Assembly: GCA_951406725.2 (NCBI GenBank)
Contig: OX597818.1
Span: 8,928,001-8,992,000 of the forward strand
Direction: 5' to 3'
DNA length: 64,000 nucleotides
Source of the DNA: Octopus vulgaris
Taxonomy: Eukaryota
Shown: piece by piece, positions 25,150-38,490 of the stretch
Layout of the letters: every line of letters begins with the position of its first letter
Position numbering within the stretch: position 1 is the first letter of the stretch
Program-made: the position numbers and the translations under genes
Notes under the pieces: generated by a model
The model's database searches: none
What the model saw: the letters and a program-made list of their open reading frames with translations, nothing else
Told to the model about the DNA's origin: nothing

Positions 25150-28100
25150 TACAGACGAATAGAGATCTGCTAGTCTTAAAAAGCTGCGCTACGAACAATG
25201 TTTACGTGCAGAGAATCCTAAACTGACAGATCCGTCTCTTAATGTAAGAGTCGAAGCTCGTCATGCTTCAATGCCAACAAAACAGCCTACAATCCGCGAT
25301 GGTCGACGAGCGGACTACAAAAGACCACGTACCCGAAAATTGAACCAAAGTCTGATTGAAAAATCAGCTACTGGATCAAATCTTCCCGACACACAGGAGC
25401 TGGACGTACCCCGCAACTGGAATATTCCAACAGATGGCCATCCATGTTTGTAACCAAACACTCAAAAGAAAAAGAAGGAAAAAATGGACTAGGGAAGATA
25501 ATAAAGAAGTTCTTCTACCATGCCATATATTTCCCCATAGATAAATCGAACACTATACAAACCTACATAAACTGGAGACAGAAACACCCTGAAGTAAGAC
25601 CCTACATAGACAGTAACAAACTTGCCAACGTCAGAAGAAACATTATAAAAAACAAATACTGACTGAAGTAGAGATTGATCAAATTAGACAAGCAGTAACG
25701 GATAGAATGAACGAAGCTGCAGCTAGAGAAGATAATACAGAGGAAATAATTATAGACCAGCTCAGAGCTAATAAAAACGAAGTAAGGATTGAAAGAGTTA
25801 GTATAAGTGATAGGCAAAGTGAAATACTCCCTGAACCAAATATAAACACTAAGACAGATGAACATCAAATAGATGAAGAAAGTCACACAAATATTGACCC
25901 AACAGAACTACATGAGCTAAAAAGTCAAATTATAATTGAATGGCTGAAAATTAAAGAAACCAGTATGGATGAACGTGATACACTCCCTAAAATCCGCAAC
26001 TCTAACCAAAACATGAAAATAATTGGTAAAACCCGGCTTGCACTTAAGGATATAATTTCACTAAAGGATATAATTTCAGCTAATGATGTTGATATCACAG
26101 ATCTCAACCACCTATACTATGCATCCGCGAAAATCTCAACGATCTTATGTGGGGAAAAGATTAGAAAACGGCAACATTTCCACAAAAAGCCTTCTTGGCA
26201 AGAGCGTTTGCAACAACATATTAAACTATTTAGATCTGACATTGAATATTTGAAAAACCTTAAGTTTCATAAGACTACCAAACCTACAAAAACCCAAAAA
26301 CTAATGAAAAAATATAATATGAAAACTATACTTGATATTGATGCCACCATAGAAACCATCAAGCAAAAGGTATCTGCTAAAGCTGCCCGCATAGCGAGGT
26401 ATGAAAAGCGTGTTAGTTCTTCAGGGACAACAACATGTTCAAAAATAACACCAAAAATTTTTACAGGAAGATAGGAAAAACAACAGTTACTGTAAAGTCT
26501 GTACCATCAAAAGAAGAAGTGTAGGGATTTTGGAATAAAATTTGGGCAGAAGAAAAAACACACAGCGGAAAGGCCATCTGGATTGATAGAATATCTAAAG
26601 AACTGGACTCCTTAGAAGAGCAAAAGTGGGAGGGTGTCAAGGTAGAAGATATAAGATCTGCTCTCAGGAGGTCAAACAAATGGAAGTCTCCAGGAAAGGA
26701 TAAAATCACTAACTTTTGGTTGAATGCCTTCCCAGAGAGCCATGAACTGCTAACAGAACTTTACAATGATGTTTTGCAACACCCTAGTAGGATGCCTCCT
26801 TGGCTAGTTAATGGGTTAACATTCCTGCTCCCAAAAAGTGAAGAAACAAATGAACCAAAAAACTATAGACCCATAACCTGCTTAACAACTATGTATAAAA
26901 CACTAACATCTGTCCTGACGGAATATACCTATAGTTTTTCGACAGACAGCAGCATATTGCCTAATGAACAGAAAGGATGTAAACGTGGATCCTACGGTTG
27001 TAAAGATCAACTACTCATCAATAAGATGATCTTAGAAGATTGTCACATACGACACAAAAACTTATCAATAGCCTGGATAGACTATAAAAAGGCTTTTGAT
27101 AGCCTACCACATAGCTGGATTAAGAAATGCCTAGAATTGTATAAGATAGCACCTGCTCTGCGAAAATTTTTGTCTGTAAGTATGAGATCATGGAGAACCA
27201 CACTAACTTTGAACAGTGACAATGAATCTCTAAATGTTGGTGATGTAAAAATTTCATGTGGCATTTTCCAGGGTGACTCACTATCATCGGTCCTCTTCTG
27301 TTTAGCCTTAATACCTCTCTCAAAACTGCTCAATGACGCGCAGTACGTGTATAAAATGTTTGATAAAAATATAAATCATCTCATTTACATGGATGATTTA
27401 AAGCTCTTTGCAAAAAATGACCAACAACTCAAGGGCTTACTAGCGATTGTCAAACAATTCAGTGATGACATCATAATGCAATTTGGCCTCGATAAGTGTG
27501 CAAAAGCTACCTTTATCAAAGGAAAAATGACAGAAACATCTAACGTTAACCTTGACCAGCAGAATGTCATAAAAGAATTAGACCCAGCAGAGAACTACAA
27601 GTATCTAGGGGCAATTGAAGGAGAAGGAATAAGGCATTCAGAGATGAAGGAAAGGATCAGGAGAGAATGTTATCGCAGAGTAAGAGCAATACTCAAGACA
27701 GAGCTGAATGCGAGAAACAGGATCGAAGCGATCAATGCATTAGCCATACCAGTTGTGACTTACAGTTTCAATATCGTTAACTGGTGAATTACTGAAATAT
27801 GTAATCTTGACAGAAAAATACGAAAACTGTTGACAATGCATAGAATGCACCACCCTAAGGCAGACACAGAACGACTTTATCTGCCAAGAAATGACGGAGG
27901 CCGTGGACTTTTACAACTGGCAATAACAATGAAGATTGCTACAATTGGCCTAGACACCTACCTGAAAAACTCTGAGGACTGGATGTTAAAACTTGTCTCA
28001 AAACATGAAAACAAGTAAGCATCATACTCAGTAACAAAACAGGCAAAGGAATATCTAAGTGAATTCCGAATACAACAAATTTCGGAATTAGAGATAGACG

Positions 28101-29143
28101 TACAAGAAACAGGCACAGAAAAAGCTAAGCGCATGAAAACCCGTGCTAAATCTGCGGCCTTAGATATTCTGAATGATAAATGGCAAGAAAAACCTCTCTA
28201 TAGCAAATACCCAAAGAGATCAAATAATGCAGATGTTGACAAAGCCCTGACCCATCAATGGCTAATGGCCTCTGGATTAAAATCTGAAACAGAGGGGTTT
28301 ATCATAGCAGCTCAAGATCATTGCCTACCAACAAGAAACTACCAGGCCAACATATTAAAGATCAGAAGCAGTCCAACGTGTCGTGTATGCCAGCAACATA
28401 ATGAAACCATTGACCATGTGGTCTCCAAGTGTAGTCTTCTAGCGCCTACAGAGTATCTCAACAGACACGATAGAGCTGCACAATATATTCACTGGGTAAT
28501 CTGCAAAAACCTGGATTTGCCCCATGAAAAAAACTGGTTGGAACACAAACCACCCCCAGTGCTTGAAAATGACCACATCTCACTCCTCTGGAACTTCACC
28601 ATTCAAACTGACAGAAAGATAGATGCAAATAGGCCAGACATCATATTGAAAGACTTCAAACAAAGAACACGCCTCCTCATTGATATGACTGTCCCAATCG
28701 ATATAAACGTATCTGTCAAGACCTACCAAAACCTGAGCAAATATAAAGATCTTGAAATAGAAATCAGCAAAATGTGGAAGCTGAAGACTAAAACAATACC
28801 TGTTGTCATAGGTGCCCTGGGAATGATAGCAAAAGGGGCTGATAGCTACCTAACTCAAATACCAGGAAACCCTAAAATGACAGAAATTCAAAAGATAGTG
28901 CTCATGGGAACTGCTCATATCCTACGCAAAATACTTTCTATGTAATCTCAAGGTTTAAAACAAACATAATTTTCAGTTAAAAAAAAAAAAAAATTTTTTT
29001 TTAGACATTCATTAGTACAACCCCCCCCCCAAATATATGGCACACTAGGCATAACAACAACATGAACTTCCAACCTGTTGTCTCTTGAGGTGTCTGGGTG
29101 AGACTTGGAGCCAACTTGTACAAATATAAAGCAAAAGTCAAAC

Positions 29144-29147
<4 letters not shown>
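25150..29147 (+). mobile_element. R4/Dong copy F, near full-length single ORF broken by a few stops/frameshifts
   Basis: ORFs 25707..26474, 26720..27787 (NYRPITC, WIDYKKAFDS, QGDSLS, YMDD) and 28133..28945 (CRVC..ETIDHVVSKC, RHD, RPD, D..VP.D, KY.DL). 5' end approximate. Confidence 0.95.
26720..27787 (+). pseudogene. Reverse transcriptase domain of Dong copy F
   Basis: RT motifs including YMDD; flanked by in-frame stops. Confidence 0.9.

Positions 29148-29228
<81 letters not shown>
29148..29228 (+). repeat. (AAT)n microsatellite
   Basis: Directly visible. Confidence 0.97.
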
Positions 29229-29229
<1 letters not shown>

Positions 29230-29558
29230 TCTCTAAAAGAAATGGAGAAACTCTCAAAATACAAAGACCTGGAAATAGAGGTAACTAGAATGTGGAACCT
29301 GAAAACAAACAATTCCTATCATAGTAGGTGCATTAGGCATGATAAAAAAATATTCAGACAAATACATAACAAAAACACCAGGACTTACAAACACATATAA
29401 CATAGAGAAAATTGCACTACTAGGCACTGCACACATCCTACACAGAATACTTTCCATACAATAACCATCAGAGCATCACAACAAATCACAGCACATACCC
29501 AAGGCACACAGAGCTGCGCTCGGTAGTGAAGTGAAAGCACGCTATAAAAATAAAACTA

Positions 29559-29561
<3 letters not shown>
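29229..29561 (+). mobile_element. R4/Dong copy G (333-bp extreme 3' fragment of a distinct family) between two AAT tracts
   Basis: KEMEKLSKYKDLEIEVTRMWNLKT..IVGALG..KIALLGTAHIL, with its own 3'UTR. Confidence 0.9.

Positions 29562-29633
<72 letters not shown>
29562..29633 (+). repeat. (AAT)n microsatellite
   Basis: Directly visible. Confidence 0.97.
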
Positions 29634-29637
<4 letters not shown>

Positions 29638-30174
29638 GCCCTGATGCATTACCAGGTAGTGGCTCTCATGGCTTCTGATCTTAACTGATTGGAAGTGTTA
29701 TCATGTACAATGTTTTGTCTTGGTATAAAAGATGGGCTACAGCAAATATTCTGCTCAATACCACAGATTTGCTTGTCAGTTGTTTGACCTTAACCAGTGG
29801 CTGACGATATGTGCATCTCTGATCACGAGCAGAAGTAGTGGGGGAGCATCATAGCCATGTGTTGAGAGGGATTCTTTGGGGTTTGAATAGTTCACCTCTG
29901 GAAATATGGGTGGTTCTTTCAACATCCTTAAACAACCCTTATTCAGGGACCGTTTGAGCGGGATAGGCTACTCAACCTGAAGAAAATTCTAACTGGGCCC
30001 CACCTGCAAGGTCATGTGCTGTTTATCTTGATATGAGATCCCCATGTCGCGCACATATGGTTGTGATGCATGTGCCTGGTGTACCTTTATCAGACGGGTA
30101 GTCATGATGGGTATATTGGGCTTCGTATATTTTACCCCAGTGTCACTTTGATGGCATGAACTGCTCTCTCACTC
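29634..30174 (+). mobile_element. Non-coding AAT-tailed element, copy 2 (flanked by AAT on both sides)
   Basis: Starts AAATGCCCTGATG directly after (AAT)n and ends CTCTCACTC + (AAT)5; homolog of 17078-17587. Confidence 0.8.
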
Positions 30175-30780
30175 AATAATAATAATAATATCATTATTAG
30201 AAGTAAAATATTTTGTTTCTATACTGAGAGTTATATACGTGTTTCAGCAATTATATTGTAAGGCAAGTTTCGTTTTGCTAGAAATGAGAACAATAGCCAG
30301 CCTACCAATGTTGAGTGTTCAGGAGGTATTAGTATTTTGTTCCCATATAGATTACGATGATCAGAATCAAAAATATTTACTAATGACAATGATAGAATGT
30401 GCGTGCAATATTTTGGTTTTCAAGCTGTCATGTATTATTTGTGTAAGATATGTGAGCAGCATGGCGGTTGAATGAAGTAGTTTGAATTTATGTTGCCAGT
30501 TCGAAAGGAGATTATGGGTTCGCAATGTCACGGATGAGGCTTTCTTGGATTTATGAGAGTGTGCATGTGATGTGCGGGGGTCATTCTGCTTCGGTCGGGT
30601 CATTGCTTGACTTTAGAATTGTTATACGTTTGACAAGTTTTCACATTCAGCAAAGACAATTACTGTTTTCTTGAACGAGAGATTGTCATTAAATACATTG
30701 GAATTTGTTCCGTGTTCCCTGATCAGAAAAGTGTTTTAAAGTTTTAGTTTGTTAAAAGGTAACTTAGTTCGTAGTATTAA

Positions 30781-31027
<247 letters not shown>

Positions 31028-31399
31028 GCTCGGGCTGAATAACAACATGGATGTTCCCTGGGAGCCTCTCTCCAAAAAACGAATTTAATCCAACAACATC
31101 GTTGCAATGGAAGAAAGGTTCCACAAAATATCTTTTCCAAATTTTCTTTTAAGGCAAAGTAACTAAAAAGTCCGAACTATTATTGCCATATATAGTATGG
31201 TTTTCTTTCTTTTATGCATAATATTTCCATGTGACATGCATAAGAAATAGAAGCGAACATCAGAGCTCTTGAAAGACAGTAAGTACATAAATTGATTAAT
31301 TAATTAATTATTTAGTATACATGCAACTGTTTATGCATACACGTACACATTTTAATTATAAAGCATAAATAATGATTACACGCGCTCACACGTACACAC

Positions 31400-34300
31400 A
31401 GAAAGAAAAACCACGTTACGCGGACGAAAACAAAGCAAAAACAAAGCGATTTTTCACGAACAAACGCAAAAAAGAGCAAATTGGTCACTGAATTTAGAAA
31501 GTCACTGAACAGTTATGCCCGGAAACATGTTTACCAAAAGAAATAGAGGCGAATTTCGATCTGTAAGTCTCATGCGAGTTCGATATGACCAATATATTAA
31601 TTCGGAGAATTCAGAAGTGGTGTCTTGTCAAAAAATTGACCCTGTACAAACAGCCCCTTCTTCTAACGTCACCGTCACAGAAGCGGCGTCTTGTCAAAAA
31701 GTTGACTCTGAAAAAATGGACCCCTCTGATGTCGCCGTCAATCATTTAATGAAAACAAGCCAAAAATCATGCCGGATCGGTCATCGCCCGGGACAACAAG
31801 GACCGCGTTACCCAGTAGGGAACCAGACTGGGGTCGAAAAGTTTGCTACTGGAAGAAACTCTCAAAAAGACGATCTACCAGGTGACCAGAACCAGAATAC
31901 TTCTAACTCTGGACTTGTAGTGACACCACCAAAAACACCACCTAAAGCAAAACGTATAAAATGGACCAGAGAGGACTATAGAGATGTGTTGAAAGCTTTT
32001 TATACAGCCCAACTAAACCCAAACTATAACCTCAGTGTACAAACATACATCTCATGGAGAAATTCAGTAGGCAATGACGTACGTAGATATATAGACGCAA
32101 ATAAATTAAGTAATGTACGCAGAGATATAATTAAAAACAAAAGACTAACTGATGCTGAAATTGACAAAATTAGGACACTAATAGCTCATGGTAGACCAAA
32201 AGAAAACAGCAACAATGTAGACGAAATAGGTAACAGTAGCACAGAAGCCAGTGTACAAGCGGCAAATCAACTTCCCAATGGGGAAGTTAAACAAATAATA
32301 GCGAAGACGAGAGATTTGAAAAAAGAGGAGAACGTAGACCTTCCTCAAGAAAACCAAAATAGATATGACATAGAATTAGAGGTGAATAATAGAGAAAAGA
32401 TTATGGAAGCAAAAGTGAACATTATGAGAGAACTCAGCAAGATTGAGCTCACTGACATGGTTAATAGAGAACCGCAACCAAAGTTTTCAAATGGCACAAG
32501 AAATAACAACACAATCATGACATATAACGTTGCCCTAGGACAGATCTTAAGAAATAAGGGGAATGATCTGACAACCTTAAATAATCTCATCTATTCCACT
32601 GCTAAAGTAGTAACTACCCAACTAGGTATTAAGATGACAAAGAAAAAGGCCAGGCATGTCAATGAACCTCCTAAGTGGAAAGTAGCGATACAAAAAGAGA
32701 TTGATTCTCTGCGGGCGGATGTTTCAGTTTTCGATGAGCTTGCTAGAGGAGTGAATATTAAGTCGAGAAAAGCTAGAAAAATCAAGCAAAAATATAAAAT
32801 CAAAGATCTCATAAACCTCCCTGCAACTAAGGAACTGTTGAAACAACGGATACAGTTGAAAGCCCAACGGCTTAGAAGGTATGACAAAAAAAACAAATTT
32901 TATCGACAAAATAAATTTTTTAAGATAGATGCAAAGAAATTTTATAGGGAAATTGGCAAAAATAAAATACACATAGAAGAACCACCTAAGATTGAGGAAG
33001 TGGAGGAGTTCTGGAAGAAGGTATGGAGCAACGAAAAAGAGTTTAATGCTGAGGCTGACTGGATAGAACGTGAGAAAGAGAGACTGGATGAACTTGAAGA
33101 ACAGAAATGGGAAGCAATAGGAATAGAGGAGCTAAGGTGTGTCCTTAGGAAGGCTCATAAATGGAAAACCCCAGGACTGGATCGGATCCCTAACTTCTGG
33201 CTGAATTGTTTGACAGAGGTACACGAAAATCTCGCTGCATCTCTGTCTGATGTCATTCAGAACCCAGAGCAAATACCTGCTTGGCTGACTGAAGGAACCA
33301 CCTACCTATTACCTAAAACCGAAGAGACAAAAAACCCAGAGAATTACTGGCCAATAACATGTCTCAACACCACCTACAAAATCCTCACATCCATAATAAC
33401 GGAGAGAATGTACGCTTTCATTGAACAAAACTCTATCCTTCCACAAGCTCAAAAAGGTTGTAAAAGAAACTCTTATGGGTGCAAAGACCAATTGCTCATA
33501 AACAGAATGATTGTAGAGAATTGCCGGAGCAAAAACAAAAACCTGAGTATGGCATGGATAGACTACAGGAAAGCGTATGACAGTGTCCCACATAAATGGA
33601 TACTCAAGGCCCTTGAGATATACAAGATCTCTCCTGTCGTCTCAAAATTTTTAGAGAATAGCATGACCATGTGGAACACACGTCTCTTTCTAAGCCATAG
33701 TAATGGGATGAGCCAGCATCAACATCAAACGAGGCATCTTTCAAGGTGACTCCCTCTCTCCATTACTTTTTAGCATGGCACTGATACCACTCTCAAACGA
33801 ATTGGATAGTACCAGATATGGGTACAAAGTTTTTAGTAAGTTAATAAACCACCTTTTCTATATGGACGACCTAAAGCTGTTTGCCAGGAATGACCAAGAG
33901 CTAGAAGGGCTGCTAACAACTGTTAAAGAGTTTAGCAATGATATCGGAATGGATTTTGGCCTTGATAAGTGTGCTAAAGCAACTTTTGTAAGAGGCAAGC
34001 TCAGGCAAACAGCTTCTGTTAAATTAGATACTGACACTACCATCAAGGAACTTGACCCACAAGAAAGTTACAAATACCTAGGAATCATCGAAGGAGATGG
34101 TATACATCATGCTACTATGAAAGAAAAAATAAGAAAGGAATACTATAGGAGAATAAGGCTTGTACTGCAGACTGAACTCAACTCCAAAAATTGCATTGAG
34201 GCCATTAACACCCTGGCGTTTCCAGTAGTCCAGTACAGTTTTAACATCATTAACTGGAACCTTACGGAACTCCAACGCTTGGACAGGAAGACAAGAAAAT

Positions 34301-35533
34301 TACTGACATCCAAGAGCATGCACCACCCTAAGGCAGATGTAGACCGCCTGTACCTACCTAGAAGCAGCGGGGGAGAGGAATGATGCAATTAGAGCTGTGC
34401 TATAAGACCTCTACTGTAGGAATGAACAGGTACCTATCTAGTACAAAGGACTGGATGCTGCGACTTGTGTTCGAACACGAAAGCAGCAAAAAGCTGCATT
34501 CTATTGTCAAGGATGCTTATAAGTTCGAAAGTGAACTAGACATTAACCTTGAATCAGATGAAGAGCCGGAAACCACTGCTACCAAGCAAGCAAAGCGAAT
34601 CAAACAGACTGCAAAAAAGAACGGGCAGAATCAAATTGAGAGGCGGTGGTGCCAGAAGCCCCTGCATGGACAATATATTATCCGAAGCCAAAATGCTGAT
34701 GTAGACCAAGCAACAACCCATCAGTGGCTGAAGAGTTCTGGATTGAAAGCAGAGACTGAAGGCTTCATACTGGCAGCACAAGATCAAAGCTTGTTTACCA
34801 GAAATTACCAGGCTAACGTTCTCCGAAACGGTACTGACCCTAAATGCAGATTCTGCGACACATTTGACGAAACAATAGACCATCTCGTTTCGGGATGTCC
34901 TCTGCTGACACCAAACGAATACAAAAATCGCCACGATAGGGTAGGACAGTATATACATTGGAAGATATGTAAACACTACAAATTCGACACTCCTGCTAAC
35001 TGGTATGAACACCATCCTCAGCCAGTTGTTGAAGGTAAAGATGTCACCATCCTCTGGGATCAAGGCTAATCGACCAGACATAATTGTTAAAGACAGGGAA
35101 GAAAATACCTGCAGACTAATAGAGATAAGCGTCCCCACTGATAAAAATGTATCTGTAAAGGAATTTGACAAACTTAGTAAATATAAGGACCTGGAAATCG
35201 AAATACAAAAGATGTGGAATCTTAAAACAAAAACTGTTCCTGTTATTGTAGGTGCCCTAGGTATGATAAAAAGTCAGAAACACCTAGACAATATCCCTGG
35301 AGAACCATGTCTCAAGGAAATCCAAAAGATTGTGCTAACAAGTACTGCCCACATCCTTAGAAAAACCCTATCAATGTAAATGTTTGTGTTTGTATTACAT
35401 GGAGATATTTCTCTACTTCCCCTCCCCAAGCTTTCAGCTATATTTCAACAACTCTTAACCTTCACTTGCCCTAGGGCGCTGGGTGTGCCCCGGCAAGTGA
35501 TTGCATCAAACATGCAGATTAAAAGTAAATGAC
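31400..35533 (+). mobile_element. R4/Dong copy H, youngest near-complete copy
   Basis: 744-aa ORF 31515..33749, then 33775..34383 (YMDD), 34380..35069 (CRFC..ETIDHLVSGC, RHD) and 35005..35379 (RPD, E..VP.D, KYKDL). About three frameshifting lesions. The 5'UTR start is uncertain and could extend to 31028. Confidence 0.95.
31515..35379 (+). pseudogene. RT-CCHC-RLE polyprotein of Dong copy H (frameshifted)
   Basis: Four overlapping or adjacent ORFs reconstruct one R4-clade ORF. Confidence 0.9.
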
Positions 35534-35623
<90 letters not shown>

Positions 35624-35630
35624 AAGAAGA
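35534..35630 (+). repeat. (AAT)n-(AAG)n microsatellite
   Basis: Directly visible. Confidence 0.97.
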
Positions 35631-36739
35631 ATACCATAGAACTTTCAATTCATTAAAATTTTTTATTATTTCTTCATTGTGGCGTGTTTATCTTTCTAAT
35701 CTGACGTTTATATGGCCTAGGTAACCCTGCTCATATAGAGCTATAACCGGAAGTAAACATATGATGACGATCGAGTTGTTTTTCGTGTAGCCGGAATACC
35801 GTATACCACATTACTGTATACACATATACCATTTTCGAAACAGTAGTTTGAAGAATAAAGATGACAGTTGCGACATTCATTTTCTATTCCAGTTTAAAAT
35901 TCTTACGACAAACAAAATGAACATAAATACACATAGACTAACATGCAGATTCATAATTGCTGTTTATCGTTGTCTTAAACGGTGGCCAGCTGTTACGACT
36001 CATCATCTGGGAGCAGTGTTGTAAGAAGGACAAACACTAACTATTCTTACCGTAAGTAACATTGAATGCATGTTTTTATTGTCGATTATTAGGATCACAA
36101 GAATTATATTTATATATACGAGGGATGCATAAAAAGTTTTGAGTTTTCAAGGCCTTTGAGTCTTGAAGTCTTGTACATTCATCAGAAGTTTTGTACCATG
36201 TTTTGTATTTTTTTTTTAGGCTTAAGACTTTTCATTCACCCCTCTTACATTTTCAGTTCACTTTTTCATTAAGGTATGATCAACAAAAAAATATACACCA
36301 TGTGGTCAGAGATGAATATTGTTTAGTGTACACAGTATATAGTTATAAGCTACTAATAGTTTCATACATTGAAAGCCAGGTTTTAACACGTGCCTAGTGT
36401 CTCCAAGTAATCACTGACTCTGGGCACATGGCCTATACAAGTTACAAACCAGGACAATATAACAAGGGAAACCACGAGAAAAAAATTCGAGAGGAAATTA
36501 TGTTCAAAAAGTGTTGTGGTGAAAAGAAACGAAAAAAGTAAGCTTAAAAAGGAAGATTTTCAGTTATGTCCCCTTGACCGTACAGTCGTAAGACTCGATG
36601 GTGTAGAATAAACGGAGGGGGTCTAAAGCCTGCGATACTATTGCTCAATTCTGAGAGGGTGGTGTTCTACAATACGCAAATAGAGAAAAAAACTCAATAA
36701 AACTCAGAACTATCTTTAGCCTTGAAAATCACTAAAGTA

Positions 36740-36986
36740 AAAATAAAAGTAGAGTTCCTTCCCGAATGCTATAGATTCCTAGGGGCGGTTGTACGGTTTC
36801 TATAGCGTATATATTCCCCACCTGGACAGGACACCTGTCCGTGGCAGGGTTACTTATTTTTGGCTGCTGAGTGGACTGGAGCAACGTGAATGTGTTTTGC
36901 TCAAGAACAAAAAGCTTCACCCAGTCCAGGATTCGAAACCAAAACTTATGAGTCCTAAACCCTAACTACTGAGCCATGCGCCTCCA
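36740..36986 (-). mobile_element. tRNA-derived SINE with V-SINE-like domain
   Basis: Head GGAGGCGCATGGCTCAGTAGTTAGG..GGTTTCGAATCC; AACCCTGCCACGGACAGGTGTCCTGTCCAGG..GCTATAGAAACCG. Confidence 0.7.
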
Positions 36987-37029
36987 CTGTAATTACTAAC
37001 CTTCATTTAATCCCTCACTCTTATAAACA

Positions 37030-37990
37030 GTACCATAAGCCCAACGAGAAACTTTCCCACGTAGACAAACAGCCTGTCACCTCCAAAGTGTGTAAAAACG
37101 TAATAGGTAATATAAATAATAGGTATCCATCCTCTCTTTTTCCGAAGAAATTTTTGATTTGGCACTACCTATAGCAAAGCCCTGGTTAACTGTGGCTTGA
37201 AAGTTAAGTTATGTTACAACCCTGCTGGTAATAATACGAATAATATATAATAGCATAAAAATAGTCATAGGAAAATTACTTGTCCTTCCCTTCTGCCTAT
37301 TTTAGAAAGAACGTAGGTATAAGATGCCCTGTTTCTCTTAGATAAGAATTTCTCAGAAAATCAAAACACTGAACGATTTTTAACAAACGCTGAAATAAAT
37401 TGTCTTATAGCTGCTTCCCCAATATGAGGTGCTTCATTACCTGCAAGCTCTACTAGAGGCCTATTCACAGTTTTAAGAGGAGCTTGCCAAATCGACCAGG
37501 AGTGTATGATAAACTCCATTATATATGAAGCAGAAATTACAACAACGCTACATGATAACCAAAAGGAGGATTACATCGGCGTATGCTGACCCCTTATATT
37601 CTCTCCGGCACATGGATGAAAGTAAAACCATTAAGTTGGCTAAGATAGTACGAGCTTTGAAGAACAACTCCACACCACATGCAATCCAGTGGAAAATTGT
37701 AGAAAATTCATATAATTATTAATGGATTAAAAAAATAATAATGCAAGTCATGTGTAACTGAAAGATCGCATATCAATTTTAGTTATAAGAATTCCACCGC
37801 ATTGCTGAGTTCCAGATCAGAAAGTTTCAGCAAATTCCAACATATGGACAGGTTTCTTCTGGCGAATAGAAGAACACCGCCCTGTACGGACTGAGCGACC
37901 GTACTGCAAATTTTAGAACTCTTCCGTTGAATTTTCACCATGTTGGATAACGACTGTACGGCTATTGGTGACATCATTCTACTTCTTCTT
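37030..37990 (+). mobile_element. Degenerate Penelope-like element (RT thumb + GIY-YIG endonuclease)
   Basis: KPNEKLSHV..; LSYSCFPNM; KEDYIG; KLAKIVRALKNNSTPHAIQWKIV; C..CVTE. Confidence 0.7.
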
Positions 37991-38207
37991 TTTTCTTATT
38001 GTTTAATTTATTTTTCTGTTCTTTTTTTTTTACCATTATAATTTTTAAACCCGTATTCATTTAGTTGTTTTCCTGTCATTTCTCTTACCCTGATTTGTAA
38101 CTTGCATAGGCTATGTAATCAGAACGTGAAGTTTACTTAGGGACACTAGACGTGTTTTAAAACCTGCCTAGATAATGTGTTCAGTATATAAAACAATTAG
38201 CTGCTCA

Positions 38208-38244
<37 letters not shown>

Positions 38245-38490
38245 GCGCAGGTATGGCTTTGCGGTGACACATTTTCTTCTCAACTCCTATAAATGGTTCC
38301 GAGTTCAGTCCTACACATACGTCTGCTGTCTTCCACTATAGCCTCGAGCCCACCAAAGCCTTATTAATGGATTTAGTAAACAAAAACTGAAGAAAGCTCG
38401 TCGTGCATTTATCTACATGCGTGGGCGTGTGTGTGTATGCGTGTGTGTATGTGTGTGTGTGTTTGTGTGTGTGTATGTGTGTGTAGGTCA
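38245..38490 (+). mobile_element. Degenerate family A SINE (5' part)
   Basis: GCGCAGGTATGGC..GAGTTCAGTCC..ACTATAGCCTCGAGCCCACCAAAGCC. Confidence 0.7.

Noticed and set aside
31028-31514. HDV-like ribozyme at the 5' end of Dong copy H (or copy F)
   Set aside because: No nested double-pseudoknot pairing could be identified manually.
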